A program made the translations under genes and the position numbers. DNA of 62,379 nt from an uncultured Candidatus Saccharibacteria bacterium (lineage in GTDB: Bacteria > Patescibacteriota > Minisyncoccia > UBA6257 > Colwellbacteraceae). This document shows, piece by piece, positions 31,254 through 40,120 of this stretch. The stretch covers positions 1-62,379 of the forward strand of contig CAZRNY010000002.1 of the NCBI GenBank assembly GCA_964601595.1, in the 5' to 3' direction. How positions within the stretch are numbered: position 1 is the stretch's first letter; every line of letters starts with the position of its first letter. The notes beneath the pieces are model-generated. The model was not told the origin of the DNA and did no database searches. It worked only from the letters and a program-made list of their open reading frames with translations.

Positions 31254-34200
31254 ATGGAGAACTTCGATTCGATAAGATTGAAGATCGCCTCTCCGGAGGA
31301 GATACTCAAGTGGTCATTCGGCGAGGTAACCAAGCCGGAAACCATCAACTACCGAACTCAGCGTCCAGAAAAAGACGGTCTTTTCTCTGAAAGGATATTC
31401 GGACCTACTAAGGACTACGAATGCTACTGCGGAAAGTATAAGAAGGTTCGTTATAAGGGAGTAAAGTGCGATAAATGCGGTGTCGAAGTCACCCGTGCAT
31501 CAGTGAGACGCGAAAGGATGGGCCACATCAAACTGGCCACTCCTGTCGCTCACATCTGGTTTATGAGAAGCGTTCCTTCTAGGATCGGCTTGGCTTTGAA
31601 TGTTCCTGTCTCGAAACTCGAGAAGGTTATTTACTATGCCGCTTTTATCGTCGTATCGATTGACGAGCCCGCAAGAAAGACCGCGATAGAAGAGATAGAG
31701 AGAGAACTCAAATCTCGCAAGAAGGTTGAGGACGATATGAAGGATGAGCTCGAGACTGCCGCCGAGACTCTTCGTCAGACTATTAAGGATCTCCGTCCTG
31801 GAATGATTCTTACTGAGACCGAGTACTACAATCTTTCTCGTCGTTTCGGCGATGTCTTTAAGGCGATGCCTGGAGCAGAGGGAGTACGCAAAGTGCTTGA
31901 GTCTGTTGATATCACTAAGGAAATAGAAGCGACCGAAAGAGAGCTTACGAAGACTGATGATGCGAACAGAAAACAGCATCTTTCGCGTAGGTTAAAATTC
32001 TTCACGGCGATGAAGAAGAGCGATATCCGTCCCGAGTGGATGGTTATGAATGTTCTTCCTATTCTTCCTCCTGATCTCCGCCCCATGGTGGCTCTTGATG
32101 GAGGCAGATATGCCACTTCCGACCTTAACGATCTTTACAGAAGAGTCATAAACAGGAATAACAGGCTTAAGAAGCTTCTTGAACTAAAGGCTCCCGATAT
32201 CATCGTGGTGAATGAGAAGCGCATGCTCCAGGAAGCTGTAGATGCTCTTATCGACAACACTGCCCGTATGGGTCGTGCTCAGCTTACTTCGCGCAGGAGG
32301 CCTCTCAGGTCTCTCGCGGACATGCTTAAGGGAAAGCAGGGAAGATTCAGACAGAACCTTCTCGGAAAGCGCGTCGACTACTCTGGAAGATCCGTCATCG
32401 TTGTCGGACCTAAGCTTCAGTATGACGAGTGCGGCTTGCCTAAGAAGATGGCGCTCGAACTCTTTAAACCTTTCGTTATCGGCAAGATCCTTGAAAGAGG
32501 ATTGGCTCATAACATTAAGAATGCCAACAGGCTGATAGAATCCGGACCGGCTGAGGTCTGGGAGATACTCGAAGAGGTTATCGCTAACCGCTATGTACTT
32601 TTAAACAGAGCTCCTACCCTTCACAGGCTCGGTATTCAGGCTTTCAAGCCTAGGCTTATCGAAGACCTTACCATCCAGATTCCACCGCTCGTCTGTTCCG
32701 GCTTCAACGCCGACTTCGACGGTGACCAGATGGCGGTCCATCTTCCTCTTACTGATGAAGCTCAAGCGGAAGCGGGAAGCCTCATGCTTTCGAGCCATAA
32801 TATCTTGAAGCCTGCTTCCGGAAGCCCAGTACCTGGACCGTGGAACGATATCGCTCTTGGATCTTTCTATTTGACTGAAGAAGAAGAAGACGCAAAGGGT
32901 GCGGGAAAGATCTTTTCGAGCGAACAGGAAGCATTGCTTGCTTATGATTTCCACGACACCGATCTTCGTGCTCCTATCTTTATCGGAAAGGACAAGAAGA
33001 CTACTGTCGGAAGAATAATCTATAATAGAGCTTTGCCTTCTGATTTCCCTGAAGTCGATTATGTCGTCAATAAGAAGGCACTTAATCAGCTTTTCGCGAA
33101 GATCATCGAAATGTACGGATTCGAGAGAACGAACGATATCTTGGATAAGATATCTCAGCTCGGATTCCAATACGCCATGAAATCGGGAATCACTTGGAGT
33201 GCCGGAGACCTTAAGGTCCCTACCGACAAGAAGCGTATTCTCGAAGAATCTCATGCAAAGGTTGCCGAGATCGAAGATCAGTATCAGGAAGGACTTCTTA
33301 CTTATGATGAGAGAAAGGCTCGCGTCATCGAGATCTGGAACAAGGCAAAGAGCGAGGTAGAAACTCTCGTATCTTCCACCTTCGACAGAAAGAATCCTGT
33401 CTATAAGATAATCGCCTCCGGAGCTCGCGGAAGCTGGGAACAAATAAACCAGATGATGGGTATGAGAGGGCTCGTTAAGAATCCTCAAGGAGAAACCATC
33501 GATCTCCCGGTTACTTCTTCTTATAAGGAAGGATTCACTCCTCTCCAGTACTTCAATTCCGTTCACGGAAACAGAAAGGGACTCGTCGATACGGCTCTTA
33601 AGACGGCAGAAGCCGGATACCTTACGAGGCGTATGATCGATGTTGCTCAGGATGTCATCGTGAGAGAAGAAGATTGTCATACTAAGGATGGAATCGAGAT
33701 AAAGAGAGAGGATGGCCTTGAATATGGACACAAGTTCGCTGATAGGCTTTTCTCGAGAGTTATTGCGGAAGATGTAAAGGATGGCACTCGCGTTATCGCG
33801 AAGGCCGGAGACTCGATAAACGCCAATCTCGCTAATGAGATCGAAGAAACAAAGTCGGTCGCCTCGGTCAAAATCTATTCGCCTTTTACCTGTAAGACTC
33901 TCTATGGCGTCTGCGCCAAGTGTTACGGACTTGATCTTGGAAATAACGAACCGATCAAGACCGGAGAAGCTGTCGGAATCGTGGCGGCCCAGTCAATCGG
34001 AGAACCAGGAACGCAGCTTACTCTTAGAACCACTCACTCAGGAGGTGCCGCGAGAGCGGACATCACTTCTGGTCTTCCTCGCGTAGAAGAACTTTTCGAA
34101 GTCCGTTCTCCGAAAGGAAAAGCGGTACTTGTCGAGTTTGATGCGGTCGTTGATTCGATTGAAGACAAGCCGAACGGCAAGATCGTAAGATTGAAGGCGC

Positions 34201-34880
34201 TCGGAACGAAATCAAAAAAGGATCGTACTGCCGAATTCCTCTTCCCGAGAAACATTTTCTTGAATGTCGAAACGGGACAGACGGTAAGCAGGGGAGATTC
34301 TCTCTGCGAAGGAAGCTACGACCTTAGAGAACTTTATGCCCTTAGGGGTAAGGAAGCTGTTTACAAATACATCATCAAGGAAGTCCAGAGAATCTATATC
34401 TCTGAAGGAGCCGGAATCTGTAATAAGCACATCGAGACGATCATCAGACAGATGTTCGGAAGAGTGCGCGTAACTAGCGCCGGAGACAGCGAGTTCGTTG
34501 CCGGAGAAGTCATGGATAAGTCCAGATTCTTCGAGACGAACAGAAAACTAAAGAAAGACGGAAAGGAGCCCGCGAGAGCTGAAGAGCTTCTCCTCGGAAT
34601 CACCAAGTCTGCTCTTACTTCAGAAGGATTCCTCTCTGCTGCATCCTTTCAGGAAACGGCAAGAGTGCTTGTTACCGCAGCGAGCGAGGGTAAGGTAGAC
34701 GGACTCCGTGGCCTTAAGGAAAACGTCATCATAGGAAGACTTCTTCCTATCGGAACGACCTTTAGGAACGAGTTTGATAGTGTTTTCCTTGATGAATCGG
34801 AAGATGACGATGTCGCCATCATGACGGAAAGCAAGGAAAAACAGCCGAAAGAACAAAAGTCGAAATTGACAGAAGAATAG
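31254..34880 (+). CDS. rpoC: DNA-directed RNA polymerase subunit beta'
   Basis: Zn finger 'CYCGKYKKVRYKGVKCDKCGVEV', catalytic 'NADFDGDQMAVH', 'LNRAPTLHRLGIQAF'. Confidence 0.98.
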   Translation: MENFDSIRLKIASPEEILKWSFGEVTKPETINYRTQRPEKDGLFSERIFGPTKDYECYCGKYKKVRYKGVKCDKCGVEVTRASVRRERMGHIKLATPVAHIWFMRSVPSRIGLALNVPVSKLEKVIYYAAFIVVSIDEPARKTAIEEIERELKSRKKVEDDMKDELETAAETLRQTIKDLRPGMILTETEYYNLSRRFGDVFKAMPGAEGVRKVLESVDITKEIEATERELTKTDDANRKQHLSRRLKFFTAMKKSDIRPEWMVMNVLPILPPDLRPMVALDGGRYATSDLNDLYRRVINRNNRLKKLLELKAPDIIVVNEKRMLQEAVDALIDNTARMGRAQLTSRRRPLRSLADMLKGKQGRFRQNLLGKRVDYSGRSVIVVGPKLQYDECGLPKKMALELFKPFVIGKILERGLAHNIKNANRLIESGPAEVWEILEEVIANRYVLLNRAPTLHRLGIQAFKPRLIEDLTIQIPPLVCSGFNADFDGDQMAVHLPLTDEAQAEAGSLMLSSHNILKPASGSPVPGPWNDIALGSFYLTEEEEDAKGAGKIFSSEQEALLAYDFHDTDLRAPIFIGKDKKTTVGRIIYNRALPSDFPEVDYVVNKKALNQLFAKIIEMYGFERTNDILDKISQLGFQYAMKSGITWSAGDLKVPTDKKRILEESHAKVAEIEDQYQEGLLTYDERKARVIEIWNKAKSEVETLVSSTFDRKNPVYKIIASGARGSWEQINQMMGMRGLVKNPQGETIDLPVTSSYKEGFTPLQYFNSVHGNRKGLVDTALKTAEAGYLTRRMIDVAQDVIVREEDCHTKDGIEIKREDGLEYGHKFADRLFSRVIAEDVKDGTRVIAKAGDSINANLANEIEETKSVASVKIYSPFTCKTLYGVCAKCYGLDLGNNEPIKTGEAVGIVAAQSIGEPGTQLTLRTTHSGGAARADITSGLPRVEELFEVRSPKGKAVLVEFDAVVDSIEDKPNGKIVRLKALGTKSKKDRTAEFLFPRNIFLNVETGQTVSRGDSLCEGSYDLRELYALRGKEAVYKYIIKEVQRIYISEGAGICNKHIETIIRQMFGRVRVTSAGDSEFVAGEVMDKSRFFETNRKLKKDGKEPARAEELLLGITKSALTSEGFLSAASFQETARVLVTAASEGKVDGLRGLKENVIIGRLLPIGTTFRNEFDSVFLDESEDDDVAIMTESKEKQPKEQKSKLTEE

Positions 34881-34884
34881 CTGT

Positions 34885-35283
34885 TTGATAGTTTCAGTCA
34901 TAATGCTTGAAGAGGGTAAAAAACAATACGAAATAGCTTTTTTGGCAAGAACTGAAGACGGTAAGAATATCGTCTCCAAGGAAATCGCCAAGATCGGCGC
35001 CGAGGTAACCCTCGAGGGACGATTTGCGGAAACGAGATTGCAGTACCCGATCAAGAAACAGACGGTAGCCTATTTCGGCTTCTACGATTTCATCGCAGAG
35101 ACTGGAACGATTGCCGCCCTTGATCAGGTTCTTAAATTCGACGAATCCATATTGCGTTTCCTCATAGTTACCCCTCCGCCCAGAAAGCCAGTGAAGGCGA
35201 GGATCGATGCTAGGGATATATCTTCGGACAATAATCAGGAAATTCCTGTCGAAGAAAAGGCCGAAGCAACTGATAAAGCCTAA
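34885..35283 (+). CDS. rpsF: 30S ribosomal protein S6
   Basis: 'YEIAFL' N-terminus, its size, and its position in an rpsF-ssb-rpsR arrangement. The true start is probably the ATG at 34903. Confidence 0.75.
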   Translation: MIVSVIMLEEGKKQYEIAFLARTEDGKNIVSKEIAKIGAEVTLEGRFAETRLQYPIKKQTVAYFGFYDFIAETGTIAALDQVLKFDESILRFLIVTPPPRKPVKARIDARDISSDNNQEIPVEEKAEATDKA

Positions 35284-35285
35284 AG

Positions 35286-35753
35286 ATGAATCTAAATAAG
35301 GTCTACATAATAGGAAGAGTCACCGCCCAACCGGAAGTGAGAACCACTCCGATGGGCGATAGAGTCACTACTTTTTCCATTGCCACTAACAGGACTTGGA
35401 ATGATAAGTCTGGCAGCAAGAAAGAGTCCACCGAATTCCATAACATAGTCCTTTGGGGAAAACAGGCTGACGTCGCGGGACAGTTTCTTGCGAAGGGGTC
35501 TCTTGTCATGATCGAAGGAAGGCTTCAAACCAGGAAATGGCAAGGAAAGGATGGAGTTACCCGCTACATCACCGAGATAATCGGAGAACGGATACAGCTC
35601 GGTCCTAGAGCTGCCAACAGCGGAGTAAAGAGAGATGAGCTGGCTGCGGATAATTACAATGGTTCCGAAGACGAAGTTCATCCTTCTAACGAAGTTCCAG
35701 TAATAGAACTCGAAGAGGATGGGGAAATAAAACCTGAAGATCTGCCTTTCTAA
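35286..35753 (+). CDS. ssb: single-stranded DNA-binding protein
   Basis: OB-fold N-terminus 'NKVYIIGRVTAQPEVRTTP.G..V.TFSIATNR.W' and an acidic tail ending 'EDLPF'. Confidence 0.93.
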   Translation: MNLNKVYIIGRVTAQPEVRTTPMGDRVTTFSIATNRTWNDKSGSKKESTEFHNIVLWGKQADVAGQFLAKGSLVMIEGRLQTRKWQGKDGVTRYITEIIGERIQLGPRAANSGVKRDELAADNYNGSEDEVHPSNEVPVIELEEDGEIKPEDLPF

Positions 35754-35774
35754 GACCTTATAACGAAGATATAA

Positions 35775-35990
35775 ATGAAGAAGATAATCGAAAAACAGTG
35801 TTTTTTCTGCTCGCAGAATCTCACTGACATAGACTTCAAGGACGTCGAGATGATTCGCCGGTTCGTTTCCGGACAGGCTAAGATCGTCGATCCTAAACAC
35901 ACCGGCACTTGCGCCAGGCATCAGAGAAAGCTTGCGGAAGCCGTAAAGCGTGCGAGATTCCTCGCTTTATTGCCGTACGTCAGAAGATAA
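35775..35990 (+). CDS. rpsR: 30S ribosomal protein S18
   Basis: 'IDFKDVEMIRRFVSGQAKI....TGTCARHQRKLAEAVKRARFLALLPY'. Confidence 0.92.
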   Translation: MKKIIEKQCFFCSQNLTDIDFKDVEMIRRFVSGQAKIVDPKHTGTCARHQRKLAEAVKRARFLALLPYVRR

Positions 35991-35997
35991 TAGATAT

Positions 35998-36516
35998 ATG
36001 CTCTCTATAGAGAGGAATTTAACGGAGGCTATCGTAGCCTTCGGGCAGCAGGCGGTCATACTAAGGCCGCTTTTTGCGTTATTCGGAGATATTGCAGGCT
36101 ATATCATGATCGTTATTTTCATTGTCGCTGTCGCAAAGATAACGAGCTTCAAGGCGAAGAGCTATTATTTCATGCTTGCGGTTCTTTCCGCGATCATCTC
36201 GAGAGGGATAATCACGGAAACCATAAACTTCCTTATGCCGGTCGAAAGGCCGTTCAAGGTTTTCGGTATTGAATCTATGCATCTTGCCGATTCGGGATTT
36301 CCTTCCGGACATATGGCTCTCTTCGTGCCTATCGCCCTGACTATCTTTTCTTTCGATAAAAAGCTTGGTCAGTTCATGATAGGAGGAGTAGTGCTTATGG
36401 GGATATCGAGGATACTACTTGGGTATCATTTCCCAAGCGATATTTTGGGAGGAATAGTAGTTGGCCTCATAGGTTTCTTTGCGGCGAAGGCGATATTGCC
36501 GAAGAAATTGTCTTAA
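35998..36516 (+). CDS. PAP2 family phosphatase (undecaprenyl-diphosphatase-like)
   Basis: 'PSGH' and 'SRILLGYHFPSDILGG' PAP2 motifs in a multi-TM protein. The start is taken at ATG 35998 within ORF 35950-36516. Confidence 0.75.
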   Translation: MLSIERNLTEAIVAFGQQAVILRPLFALFGDIAGYIMIVIFIVAVAKITSFKAKSYYFMLAVLSAIISRGIITETINFLMPVERPFKVFGIESMHLADSGFPSGHMALFVPIALTIFSFDKKLGQFMIGGVVLMGISRILLGYHFPSDILGGIVVGLIGFFAAKAILPKKLS

Positions 36517-36537
36517 TAAGGAAATATTTTTGTGGAA

Positions 36538-36566
36538 AGAGCGGCGTTTTCAGCGCCGCTCTTTTA
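36538..36566 (+). terminator. rho-independent terminator
   Basis: Stem 'agagcggcg/cgccgctct' plus a T-run. Confidence 0.7.
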
Positions 36567-36582
36567 AGGTAAAATTAATGTC

Positions 36583-37293
36583 ATGAGTCAAAGTGATAAA
36601 TTGGATAAGTATTCAGTACCGATAGCGATATTGATAGCTGGAGTTCTCATAGCCGGCGCAGTTATTTTCACCGGATATAAGGATTCTTCTAAAGGAAATA
36701 ATCAGGGAATTATTCCGACAGGAGAAGAACAGCCGATAAGCGACGCCTATAAGAACATAAAGGCGGTCTCGAACGAAGATCATATCTCAGGAGATAAGAA
36801 CGCAAAGATAAAGATCGTGACTTTCTCCGATATGGAGTGTCCTTATTGCATAAATTTCGAAGGAACCATGAAGCAGGTTCTTTCTGAATATGAAGGAAAG
36901 GTATCTTGGGTATACAGACACAATCCACTCGACTTCCATCAGAACGCCATGCCCGCCGCTCTCGCGTCGGAATGCGTAGCTGAGAAGGGAGGTGAAGCCA
37001 AGTTCTGGGAATTTATGACTAAGGTTACTTCTTCTCTTGATGGAAAGACTGAAGTTAATCTTTCTGTTTCTGATATCGCTGCCGAGATCGGTGTCGATAA
37101 GACTTTCGTGGAGGAGTGCGTCAATGATAAGAAATATGCTTCTCTTATTTCCGATCATATGGAAGATGCATTTGCTTCCGGATTGGAAGGAACTCCTTAT
37201 AGCGTGATAATAGTTGACGGCACTCCCGTCAGCTCGATAAACGGAGCTTATCCTTTTAGCGAGGTTAAGCGCATGATAGACGATAATCTCTAA
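36583..37293 (+). CDS. DsbA-family thiol:disulfide oxidoreductase, membrane-anchored
   Basis: N-terminal TM helix, thioredoxin-fold 'CPYC' active site and a 'GTPY' cis-Pro region. Confidence 0.8.
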   Translation: MSQSDKLDKYSVPIAILIAGVLIAGAVIFTGYKDSSKGNNQGIIPTGEEQPISDAYKNIKAVSNEDHISGDKNAKIKIVTFSDMECPYCINFEGTMKQVLSEYEGKVSWVYRHNPLDFHQNAMPAALASECVAEKGGEAKFWEFMTKVTSSLDGKTEVNLSVSDIAAEIGVDKTFVEECVNDKKYASLISDHMEDAFASGLEGTPYSVIIVDGTPVSSINGAYPFSEVKRMIDDNL

Positions 37294-37320
37294 TCGTTTC
37301 TCATAACAGATGAGTCAAAT

Positions 37321-37346
37321 AAACCGCACCGAAGGGTGCGGTTTTT
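37321..37346 (+). terminator. rho-independent terminator
   Basis: Stem 'ccgcacc gaag ggtgcgg' plus T5. Confidence 0.75.
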
Positions 37347-37673
37347 GATGGGGGAGAGACTTAAAAGGATAAACATTACCAACTTGTCCGGCCGGACACA
37401 TTGGTAACGTTTGATATGAAAATTATTCAACGTTCGATCTGGCCGGCACATAAAAAGAGCTATCCGATGGATAGCTCGGCCAGACGCTTCGCTATCGAAC
37501 TAGTTATGTTATATCAGAGACCAAAGGTCTCTAACTAATTATTGTAGCCCCACAGCCTCTGCCTTTACGGACTACGTTAAAACGCAGTCTTCGGCAGAGT
37601 CTTAGGGACTCAGGTTTTGTCGTTTAAAAAGAGGAACACCGAAGTGTCCCTTTTTTTAAAACAAAAGCCATCG

Positions 37674-37755
37674 TGCCGCCGGCCAGAATCGAACTGGCAC
37701 AGGTTTCCCTACACGATTTTGAGTCGTGCGCGTCTACCAATTCCGCCACGGCGGC
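37674..37755 (-). tRNA. tRNA-Leu (anticodon CAA)
   Basis: Reverse complement: acceptor GCCGCCG/CGGCGGC, anticodon loop CTCAAAA, long variable arm TAGGGAAACCTGT, T-loop TTCGATT. A terminator hairpin lies at 37627-37660 on the minus strand. Confidence 0.9.
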
Positions 37756-37857
37756 ATATCAATAAAACAAGGATATTTTATATGCTTTCGACAGCCTAAT
37801 CAATCCCGTTTGAATGAGGGTAACACTATGTAATATCATTACCTGTATAAACCTGAC

Positions 37858-38658
37858 ATGACCCGAGTAATTGCCGTATGTAACCAGAAAGGAGGAGTCG
37901 GAAAGACGACCACATCAGTCAACCTGGGAGCATATCTCGCCCAATCGGGAAAGAAAGTCCTCCTTATAGACCTTGACCCTCAAGCAAACGCAAGCTCCGC
38001 TATGGGGCATGTTTTAGACCAAAGAGGGGACATTTATCATGGTATGTTCGGTCAGACTCGGCCTTTCGATACGATAAGGGCGTCGCAGGTGTCTGATTAC
38101 CACTATATTCCCTCTGGACCGCATCTTGCCGGAGCAATGGTAGAGCTCGTTAATGCCGAGGGTAGGGAATTCTATCTCCGTACTTTTCTCGATAATGTGA
38201 AGGAGTTCTATGATTATGTGATCATCGATCTTCCGCCGTCTCTCAGTCTTCTTACCATCAATGGATTACTTGCCGCAGACGAGGTGATAATTCCCGTTCA
38301 GGCCGAGTACTATTCTCTCGAAGGACTCAGTCAACTCCTTACGACCATAAATCTCATCAGAGAAAATATGGGTCATGATTTACATGTCGCTGGGGCGGTG
38401 ATAACGATGTTCGACAGATGGGAACAGCTGTCTCAGGAAGTGGCACGAAACCTGAGGACTAATTTTCCATACGGAGTGTATAATACTGAAATACCGAGAT
38501 CGGTTCATCTTGCCGAAGCACCGAGTTTTAATCAGCCGATATGCATATACGCGCCGACTTCCGCCGGAGCGATCGCTTATCAGGCCTTAGCCTTAGAAGT
38601 GATTAGTCAGGAAGTTCAAGCCGATAATGTTAGCGGCACCCAATATCAAGCCATCTGA
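37858..38658 (+). CDS. parA: ParA/Soj family partition ATPase
   Basis: Deviant Walker A 'NQKGGVGKTTTSVNLGAYLA', 'IIDLPP', 'IPRSVHLAEAPSF'. Confidence 0.92.
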   Translation: MTRVIAVCNQKGGVGKTTTSVNLGAYLAQSGKKVLLIDLDPQANASSAMGHVLDQRGDIYHGMFGQTRPFDTIRASQVSDYHYIPSGPHLAGAMVELVNAEGREFYLRTFLDNVKEFYDYVIIDLPPSLSLLTINGLLAADEVIIPVQAEYYSLEGLSQLLTTINLIRENMGHDLHVAGAVITMFDRWEQLSQEVARNLRTNFPYGVYNTEIPRSVHLAEAPSFNQPICIYAPTSAGAIAYQALALEVISQEVQADNVSGTQYQAI

Positions 38659-38670
38659 TAAATAAAACCT

Positions 38671-40077
38671 ATGTTAGGCAAAGGATTGGAATCTCTCATA
38701 CCTAAGAAACCAGAAGAAGGTCAGCCTTCTGCTTATTCCGGTCTTTCCGCGGAGCAGCCGGTCATCCGCCAGAACTATTATGCTGAGAAGCCGGTCGCGC
38801 AGACGGGGTATGGATTCATAAATCCAGTAGCTGAACAGAGCGTTCCGAGCCAGCCTGTTATTCCTGCCTCTTTCGTTCCGGCTTCACAGAATACCGGATA
38901 TGGTTTTATTAACCCCAACGCTCAGCCTGCTGTTGTTCCGACATACGCAGTACCTCAGACTGATCCGGAACCGGTGCAACCGTCTTATGGACATGCGGCA
39001 AAGACATATGACAATGATGATGTAATAGGAGCGGATTTCTCTTATCAAGTGCCGATAGAAAAACCGGTCGAGATGCCGGTTGCTACATCGGACTATTATC
39101 ATCATCCGGCACAGTCTCAGATCACGGAAAATATAAACCCTGCTATCCCTATTATCGTTGCCGCTCCTATTCATACCGAAGAAAAGCCAATTGAGCCATA
39201 TAAAGAGACTCAGCCTATCGCTCATAACGAGTATTTGGCTGAAGAGCTTGATTATTCGAGAAGGCAAGATGCCGTTTTCCAGATAGAGGTAGAAAAGATA
39301 TTCCCGAATCCGCATCAGCCAAGAAAATATTTCGATGATGCGGCTCTAAGCGATCTTGCCAATTCGATAAGAGAGTTCGGAATCATTCAACCTCTTGTCG
39401 TAACGAAAGTATTCAAAGAAACCGATACTGGAACGGAGGTCATCTATCAACTGATCGCGGGAGAAAGAAGACTAATGGCCGCGAAGCGGGTGGGGCTGCT
39501 TACCGTACCGGTTGTAATAAAGCAGGTATCGATGGATCGTGAGCGTCTTGAGCTTGCGATAATCGAGAACATCCAGCGTGAAAACCTTAACCCACTAGAA
39601 GCAGGAAGAAGCTACGCGAGGCTGCAGGACGAGTTCGGACTTACTCAGCGAGAGATAGCAATCAGAATGGGAAAGAGCCGTGAGACTGTGGCAAACACGC
39701 TCCGACTCCTTAATCTTCCGACAGAGATACAACAAGCGCTTGAAGAAGGAAAGATAAACGAGAGCCATGCGAGATTACTTCTCCAGATAGATGACATTCC
39801 GAGACAGAAGGAGATGTTCAACTCCATACTTCACTTCAAACCTTCCGTAAGGGAGTTGAAAGCGAAGATAAGAAGTGAAAAGGCGGGAATGCAGGGTAAT
39901 TATGGTTCTTATGCAAATCCCGCGCTCCAATCGCTGCAATCAAGACTGGAAGAGGTGCTCGGAACAAAAGTCTCGATCAACGACGAAGGGAGCAAGGGAA
40001 AGATAACGATCAATTATTATTCTCCTGAAGAACTTAACGGATTAATCGAAAGGCTTTCAGGAAAGGATCAATATTAG
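38671..40077 (+). CDS. parB: ParB/Spo0J partition protein with a ~200-aa low-complexity N-terminal extension
   Basis: ParB box 'FPNPHQPRKYFD..L..LANSIREFGIIQPLVV' and 'LIAGERRLMAAK', with HTH 'LTQREIAIRMGKSRETVANTLRLL'. The N-terminal 200 aa are P/Q/V-rich with a repeated 'TGYGFINP'. Confidence 0.9.
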   Translation: MLGKGLESLIPKKPEEGQPSAYSGLSAEQPVIRQNYYAEKPVAQTGYGFINPVAEQSVPSQPVIPASFVPASQNTGYGFINPNAQPAVVPTYAVPQTDPEPVQPSYGHAAKTYDNDDVIGADFSYQVPIEKPVEMPVATSDYYHHPAQSQITENINPAIPIIVAAPIHTEEKPIEPYKETQPIAHNEYLAEELDYSRRQDAVFQIEVEKIFPNPHQPRKYFDDAALSDLANSIREFGIIQPLVVTKVFKETDTGTEVIYQLIAGERRLMAAKRVGLLTVPVVIKQVSMDRERLELAIIENIQRENLNPLEAGRSYARLQDEFGLTQREIAIRMGKSRETVANTLRLLNLPTEIQQALEEGKINESHARLLLQIDDIPRQKEMFNSILHFKPSVRELKAKIRSEKAGMQGNYGSYANPALQSLQSRLEEVLGTKVSINDEGSKGKITINYYSPEELNGLIERLSGKDQY

Positions 40078-40081
40078 GATC

Positions 40082-40116
40082 AAAAAAATCGCGGATGGAT
40101 TATTCCGCGGGTTTTT
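40082..40116. terminator. bidirectional terminator between parB and relA/spoT
   Basis: Stem 'cgcgga/tccgcg' flanked by A7 and T5. Confidence 0.65.
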
Positions 40117-40120
40117 AGTA

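Noticed and set aside
37347-37673. Assignment of the hairpin-dense gap to SRP RNA, RNase P RNA, tmRNA or 6S RNA.
   Set aside because: I could not find the diagnostic elements of SRP RNA ('GGAA' tetraloop with an AGCA symmetric loop), RNase P ('GAGGAAAGUCC') or tmRNA (a tRNA-Ala-like acceptor with a resume codon). It is kept only as an unclassified candidate.
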